Both the position numbers and the translations under genes were made by a program. A stretch of 22,052 bases of DNA from Bdellovibrionales bacterium. GTDB lineage: Bacteria; Bdellovibrionota; Bdellovibrionia; Bdellovibrionales; JAMPXM01. This document shows, one piece after another, positions 17,163-22,052 of this stretch. The first letter of the stretch is position 1, and every line of letters starts with the position of its first letter. Location of the stretch: contig JAYUEN010000050.1 of assembly GCA_043739185.1 (NCBI GenBank), positions 1 to 22,052 on the forward strand, written 5' to 3'. The notes below the pieces were generated by a model that ran no database searches, was not told where the DNA came from, and worked only from the letters and a program-made list of their open reading frames with translations.

Positions 17163-17258
17163 GTGCCAAATTTGGGCTCACTGATTATAAATTTATCACG
17201 GTAGTACTGCTGAATTTAATCTGAGTTTGGCTTAATTATTGAAATTCGGCAATGTTCT

Positions 17259-18080
17259 ATGAAATTTTTGAGCGCCTTTTTAATTGCAAGTTTTTGCCTT
17301 ATTTCCTTGAGCGCAAATGCTCAAGATCGTTGCGAAGCGCTTTTTTCAATTCGAAACAGAAAACCAAGCGAACTCACACAGGTAAAAAAGGCCACATTAA
17401 AGCTCATGGGCGAGGATCATATACTTAACGCCAATGCCAATACCTTGTTTAAAAGTCGAGGTGAGGAGTCCAAGCAGCTTCTTGAAAACAGCATTGAAGT
17501 TGATTTTTTTGAAGCCAGTCCCTTTGGCCACGCTTATCTACGCATTGGGGATCGCCGCCTTTCATTTGATATGCCAGGTATTGTGAGATTCGAAACCTAT
17601 GATCCAGCTACTTATGTTCGCAGCGGTCATTTTGGCGCCCTTATCTTTGTTTCTAAAAAGAGAATTCAAAAACTTCTACCTGAAATTTTGAGATTTTATA
17701 CCTCTGCCAGCCTCTTTAATGTTCCACCAATGGATTCTTATGCTCCTGAAGTTGAACTCATTAAGGATCCAAAAGGAAGTTGGCAATTTCAAACACCCTC
17801 AACTGGTTATTATGCAGCCAAATCAGATTTTTTCGGAATCCCTGTTTTAGATGGCCCAAATCCACATATTGCAACTGTGAATGGCCTCGAAATTCCGCTA
17901 ATAGTAAAACCAGATGGTCGCATATACGTTCAAAGCTATTCATGTTCGAGCTCAGTCTCCTATATTTTAGAACAATTTTTTGGAGTTCGAATAATGGGTG
18001 TATCAGCAATGCTGGTAGGGGCTCAAATCTTGAGTGGTAAACTTGGCCCGGTGATTGATTACAACCGAGGTCCCAATTGA
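17259..18080 (+). CDS. Exported protein, probable permuted papain-like (NlpC/P60 superfamily) Cys hydrolase
   Basis: Signal peptide ending ANA; PFGHAYLRIG (His91) precedes YSCSSSVSYIL (Cys229), the His-before-Cys order of permuted papain folds. Confidence 0.65.
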   Translation: MKFLSAFLIASFCLISLSANAQDRCEALFSIRNRKPSELTQVKKATLKLMGEDHILNANANTLFKSRGEESKQLLENSIEVDFFEASPFGHAYLRIGDRRLSFDMPGIVRFETYDPATYVRSGHFGALIFVSKKRIQKLLPEILRFYTSASLFNVPPMDSYAPEVELIKDPKGSWQFQTPSTGYYAAKSDFFGIPVLDGPNPHIATVNGLEIPLIVKPDGRIYVQSYSCSSSVSYILEQFFGVRIMGVSAMLVGAQILSGKLGPVIDYNRGPN

Positions 18081-19327
18081 AATTGATGAAGCTATTTTTT
18101 TCGTTTTTCGTTGTTATTTTAACTGCCACCGCAGTACGCAGTGAAAATTTATGTCTAGATTTATTTCAAGGCCTTTCAAAGAGCACAGCCTATGCTCTTG
18201 GCATACAAGAACCTGGTTATCAAATAACCTATGGTTTAGAAGTCGAGTTCAACCCCCACAGCAAAAATCAACAAATTCTCAATGACTATCGACCAAAATA
18301 CTTCTCAGAAACACAGTGGCTCAGACTTTCACATGCAGAGCGTGCCTCATACTATGAGCCCGGCACCACAAGCTCTGAACGAGTATTGGTTCGAATGAAT
18401 ACTGCTCCGAAGTGGATGCCTGATAGTTTAACTAAAGAGGCCTATGAGGCGACTGGCCCAAAAATGATTTTTGGGGAATTCAATAAATTACAGCAAACTC
18501 TTAGAGACATGGAAGCCCGCTATGGGCGGGGCGCAGCTCAAGTGCATGTGGTTTTCCCGACTGATGCTAGACTCAAAGGAAATGCTGGTTTCATTGGCTT
18601 TTCAGGCGAAATGGCGCAGCTAAAGAATTTAGAAAATGGCTATGAAAAATATCTTAAGGATCCAAATAATATTCCTGGCAAAAACTTCGAACATAAAGAT
18701 CTTGCGACCATCGATAATGGTGTCATTAACTTAACTCGCGGGAGCGAACATTCGATATTTCATTGGCAAAGCCAAAGATGGATATTGGCCATGAAATTTT
18801 ATTTTTCAACGGTTTTAAGAGCAGGCATCTATGGGGACTTCGATCACGCCGGCTATGAGCATAGGCAATTCAACTACGATTACGATGGCCTTTTGGCTGA
18901 AGTCTTTCGTACGACTTTGATGCTCGAAAAAGGTATTATTAAAGAATTTGCGCCCTTTGATCGAAATTTCAAATATACTCCCCTTAAAAGATTAATGGCA
19001 AAAGATTCAGCCAATAAAGAAATCTGGCAAAGTTTCTTAGCTATAAAATCGGAGCTCAATTCCTTTCTTTTTGGATTTAGAAATTGGTCAGAACATCCAA
19101 TTCTAGATCTGCTTTCAAATGATGCCAAGGAAGAGAAAAAAGCGCTCATATCTCAAGCGCAAGCGGAACTCTATTTAGAATTTACTGAGATTTTAAACGA
19201 GAATAATGAAGCGTCTTTGCGTAGAAAGAAAATGCGCATTGCAATTGCGAAATTTGCACACAATGTGCAGCTTGGTAGTTTATTTGATCAATTTTACAAC
19301 CAAGCTCTTAATAGTAATAAAAACTAA
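18077..19327 (+). CDS. Exported protein, probable amidoligase-like COOH-NH2 ligase (glutamine synthetase / glutamate-cysteine ligase fold); alternative start ATG 18086
   Basis: Signal peptide; TYGLEVEF, YEATGP, AQVHVVF and GYEHRQF match in order the GxExE / E-x-x-SP / HVH / EFR motifs of Amidoligase_2. TTGA overlap with the upstream stop, and GAGG SD. Confidence 0.65.
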   Translation: MKLMKLFFSFFVVILTATAVRSENLCLDLFQGLSKSTAYALGIQEPGYQITYGLEVEFNPHSKNQQILNDYRPKYFSETQWLRLSHAERASYYEPGTTSSERVLVRMNTAPKWMPDSLTKEAYEATGPKMIFGEFNKLQQTLRDMEARYGRGAAQVHVVFPTDARLKGNAGFIGFSGEMAQLKNLENGYEKYLKDPNNIPGKNFEHKDLATIDNGVINLTRGSEHSIFHWQSQRWILAMKFYFSTVLRAGIYGDFDHAGYEHRQFNYDYDGLLAEVFRTTLMLEKGIIKEFAPFDRNFKYTPLKRLMAKDSANKEIWQSFLAIKSELNSFLFGFRNWSEHPILDLLSNDAKEEKKALISQAQAELYLEFTEILNENNEASLRRKKMRIAIAKFAHNVQLGSLFDQFYNQALNSNKN

Positions 19328-20229
19328 AATTCGTCGTCGTCTCGAGTCGTGCCGCCTTCGCTCGACATTCCACGTACTTCTTCGATAAATGACTGTGCTT
19401 CGTCTTCAAGATCGTTTTCTCCTGAATTATCATCTAACTCAAGTTCTTGAATTGCATTTAAAAAGTCTTTTTCGCTTCTCAAGTCTTTTCTTAACATTTC
19501 TAAATACTTATCTGGATATCTTGCGGTCAATTCTTCAACGTAACGCTCTAGTTTTCCTTCAGTTAAAATCTTCTTACGAACTTGAATTTTCTTCCAGAAA
19601 AGCAGGTAGTGATATCTGCAATAGGCATCTACACTTGAAATCTGATCACAATCTTTGACTCGGCAATATCTTCGACCTTCAGCATCCGTTAAAACAACTT
19701 CTTCGTCATTGTATTCGCGTTTGGCTTCAACCGGAGCGTCTTCAATTTTCTCTTCTTCAACAACTTTTTTTGCAGTCTTTTTAAGGGCTTTTTCTGATTC
19801 AAGTTTTTCAGCAGGAATCTTTTTAGTCTTCTTAGCTGTCTCTAAATTAGTCTTTTCTGGAAAAGCACTCTTCGTTTCAAGCTTAGTTTTTGTTAACAGA
19901 TCTTTTTTACTAGTTTTGGCGACTTCAATAAGTTTTTTTGGAACTTTTGCAATAGTGGGCTTAGGTGAACTTTTTTCGACTTTTACGACAGCCTTTTTAA
20001 TGGGCTTTGCCGCAACCACCGGAGACGACTTCTTTGCTGGCAGCTTTTTGGTAGCGGGCTTTGCCGGGCTCTTAGTCGCTGCTTTCTTGGCCGCAATTAC
20101 GGGCTTCTTTTCAGCCTTTTTATCAGCTTTTTTGAGTTTTGATTTGACGAGTGCTTTAAGTACTTTTTTGATTTTTTGCATAGGCGTGAATGATTGTTTG
20201 AAATCCTTATCTGAGTCAACAAAAATCAA
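19324..20229 (-). CDS. Protein with Lys/Ala/Pro-rich histone-H1-like N-terminus, C-x4-C-x9-C-x2-H zinc finger and acidic tail (true start probably ATG 20181)
   Basis: AKKAATKSPAKPATKKLPAKK tract; YCRVKDCDQISSVDAYCRYHY; D/E-rich C-terminus. Confidence 0.8.
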   Translation of the reverse strand: MIFVDSDKDFKQSFTPMQKIKKVLKALVKSKLKKADKKAEKKPVIAAKKAATKSPAKPATKKLPAKKSSPVVAAKPIKKAVVKVEKSSPKPTIAKVPKKLIEVAKTSKKDLLTKTKLETKSAFPEKTNLETAKKTKKIPAEKLESEKALKKTAKKVVEEEKIEDAPVEAKREYNDEEVVLTDAEGRRYCRVKDCDQISSVDAYCRYHYLLFWKKIQVRKKILTEGKLERYVEELTARYPDKYLEMLRKDLRSEKDFLNAIQELELDDNSGENDLEDEAQSFIEEVRGMSSEGGTTRDDDEF

Positions 20230-20310
20230 TGGACCTCATTCATATCTTACTCCGCAATAAAATGACGGAGCAAACGACGGCGCTTTAACTTTAAATACAG
20301 AGGAATGAAG

Positions 20311-21390
20311 TCAATGTACCCTTAGATTCCCTGACTTCGATTTTAAGAAAATACTGCCCTTTTCAGAGCCTGTAAAACGCCCGCTCGCCACCTTGAGATT
20401 GCCGATTTTGCCAGTCTTAAAACTCTCAGGAGCAGTAATTATACCCTCCTCAGATTGAAGCTTCGCAAAGGCAGCCGAATCTTCAGGTAGTTTAAAGCTC
20501 ATTGAACCCGAAGTGCTTTCAAGGGAAACATCAACATCTCCCAAAAGCTTAGCAGTTAAGCTGCCATCATCGTTTTGTCCGCGAATTTGTCCGTTGAATT
20601 CAAGAATATTAAAAGCTCCCTTACCATTTTCGATTTCAAGGCTTCCTTGTGATTTCGAGATGTGGCTGGTGCCAAGTTTACTCTGCAAATGGACACTCGC
20701 AGAAAGTTTTTCTAGAATTGATTCGCCGGCAAAATTTTTAAGTCTAAGACTACCCTCGGACTCTGAAATGAAAATTTTTGCTTTTAGACTTTCAATTTCG
20801 ACCCGACCCTTGTGATTCGATACATGAATTTCCCCAGATTCATTTTGTACATGAATTGAGGCCATACAGTGTGAAAGCACCAAATTGCCTTCAAGTAAGA
20901 CAATATTCAGCGAGGAGTTCCAGTTTTGAATATTGATTTGTCCGTCGCGCCAAGCAATATCAAAGGGCAAATTTGGGGCCTCGATTTCAAATTGAAATTC
21001 TGTTGAAATTTGACCCAATTCTTCCTTATTTAAATGAGATTCAAGTCCTCGAACTTCAATTTTTATGTTTTTATCTTCGTGTTTAGCGCCAAATATCCAA
21101 TTATCGTCAGATGCCGATTTCTTATCATCGATGATTTTTTTTGCATGAATGACTAACTTGCCTGGGGTTTTTGAGGGCAAAAGCCTAACACTTCCTTTAA
21201 TTCCGGTCACAATAATCTTCTGAGCATCGAGAACATCTATCGAAATATCATTAAAGCGAATTTCTTTAGCTTCAGCCGCCAAACTAAAAAGCACAGCCGC
21301 GAGAAATATGAGTTTTAACTCAAGTATGGGCCGCGCTACTAGGCCAGCTGATTTAAAAAAGAGCTTTAACTTATAATTAATATGGTTCAT
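20311..21390 (-). CDS. Exported DUF4097-type beta-strand-repeat (adhesin-like) protein
   Basis: Signal ending AEA; repeats of about 19 aa such as IHVQNESGEIHV, VHLQSKLGTSHI, VSLESTSGSMSF and IFLKSKSGNLRV. Confidence 0.8.
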   Translation of the reverse strand: MNHINYKLKLFFKSAGLVARPILELKLIFLAAVLFSLAAEAKEIRFNDISIDVLDAQKIIVTGIKGSVRLLPSKTPGKLVIHAKKIIDDKKSASDDNWIFGAKHEDKNIKIEVRGLESHLNKEELGQISTEFQFEIEAPNLPFDIAWRDGQINIQNWNSSLNIVLLEGNLVLSHCMASIHVQNESGEIHVSNHKGRVEIESLKAKIFISESEGSLRLKNFAGESILEKLSASVHLQSKLGTSHISKSQGSLEIENGKGAFNILEFNGQIRGQNDDGSLTAKLLGDVDVSLESTSGSMSFKLPEDSAAFAKLQSEEGIITAPESFKTGKIGNLKVASGRFTGSEKGSIFLKSKSGNLRVH

Positions 21391-21541
21391 TTGGTTGACT
21401 CGCTTTTCATGTGAAATTAGTCTCAGTTTTTATTTTGGCAAAGTCAATTTAGACCTCTTGCATAATTATGGCGTAGACAAGGCATGATGCTCAAGCACGC
21501 GATGAGCTTGCATATGTTTTAAAAATCTAAGGAGATTAATT

Positions 21542-22052
21542 ATGAGTCAGCAAAATTTTATACTTTCTGCAATGAGAACTCCAGTTGCAAGTTTTCAAGG
21601 TGCGTTTAGTGAGCTTTCTGCGCCGCAGTTGGGAGCCATTGCTATAAAGGCAGCTCTGCAAAAAGCTGGAGTATCAGCAGACAAGGTAGAGCAAGTCATA
21701 ATGGGTGAAGTCCTTTGTGCGGGAGTCGGTCAGGCCCCCGCTAGGCAAGCAGCCCTTTATGCGGGACTACCTAATTCTGTGGTTTGCCTAACTATAAATA
21801 AAGTTTGTGGCTCTGGTTTGAAAGCTGTGATGCTGGCTGATGATGCAATTAAACTTGGCCATGCCCAAGTTATTGTGGCTGGCGGCCAAGAAAATATGAC
21901 CCGTGCCCCCCATTTGCTAGAGAAATCTCGTTCGGGATTTCGCATGGGGAATGCCAGCTTAATTGACTCTATGATTACAGATGGCCTTTGGGACCCATAT
22001 AATAATTTTCATATGGGTACTGCTGCCGAGCTCTGCGTTACAGATCATCATT
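21542..22052 (+). CDS. atoB: Acetyl-CoA C-acetyltransferase (thiolase), 5' part, truncated by the window end
   Basis: Not in the ORF track. Manual translation gives MSQQNFILSAMRTPVASFQG..GQAPARQAA..TINKVCGSGLKAV (catalytic Cys)..AGGQENM..DGLWD; AAGGAG SD at 21529-21534. Confidence 0.96.
   Translation, partial: MSQQNFILSAMRTPVASFQGAFSELSAPQLGAIAIKAALQKAGVSADKVEQVIMGEVLCAGVGQAPARQAALYAGLPNSVVCLTINKVCGSGLKAVMLADDAIKLGHAQVIVAGGQENMTRAPHLLEKSRSGFRMGNASLIDSMITDGLWDPYNNFHMGTAAELCVTDHH

Noticed and set aside
17155..17170. Minus-strand TGGCAC sigma-54-like site
   Set aside because: GG-to-GC spacing is 9 nt rather than the required 10.
16871..17258. Retron msr-msd or c-di-GMP-I riboswitch (GACGCAAA present)
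   Set aside because: No reverse transcriptase nearby, and the GGCAAAC..GAAA P2 element of the riboswitch is absent.
19655..20260. 201-aa hydrophobic plus-strand ORF
   Set aside because: Antisense shadow of the Lys/Ala-rich gene; its F/L/A/S richness mirrors AAA/AAG/GCN codons.
21757..21945. 62-aa minus-strand ORF
   Set aside because: Antisense to the thiolase reading frame.

Overview
This is an AT-rich bacterial chromosomal window; gene content and style suggest a Bdellovibrionota-type predator (inference). The core is a tightly packed minus-strand operon, miaB - DUF151 nuclease-like - gamma carbonic anhydrase - guaB - guaA - dnaE - exported protein, followed by a CsgG/FlgT-like lipoprotein. 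The left side has a cytochrome b + Tat-exported molybdopterin oxidoreductase pair and an exported SLT-type lytic transglycosylase abutting a membrane-anchored helical protein. The right side has a hairpin-rich 388-bp intergenic region, then an accessory-looking pair of exported proteins: a permuted papain-like Cys hydrolase and an amidoligase-like (COOH-NH2 ligase) protein, both with a CxxLF motif after the signal peptide. These are followed by a Lys/Ala-rich zinc-finger protein, a DUF4097-type protein and the 5' part of a thiolase. I see no rRNA, tRNA, CRISPR array, transposase or integrase. All family calls come from motifs read by eye; no database search was run.
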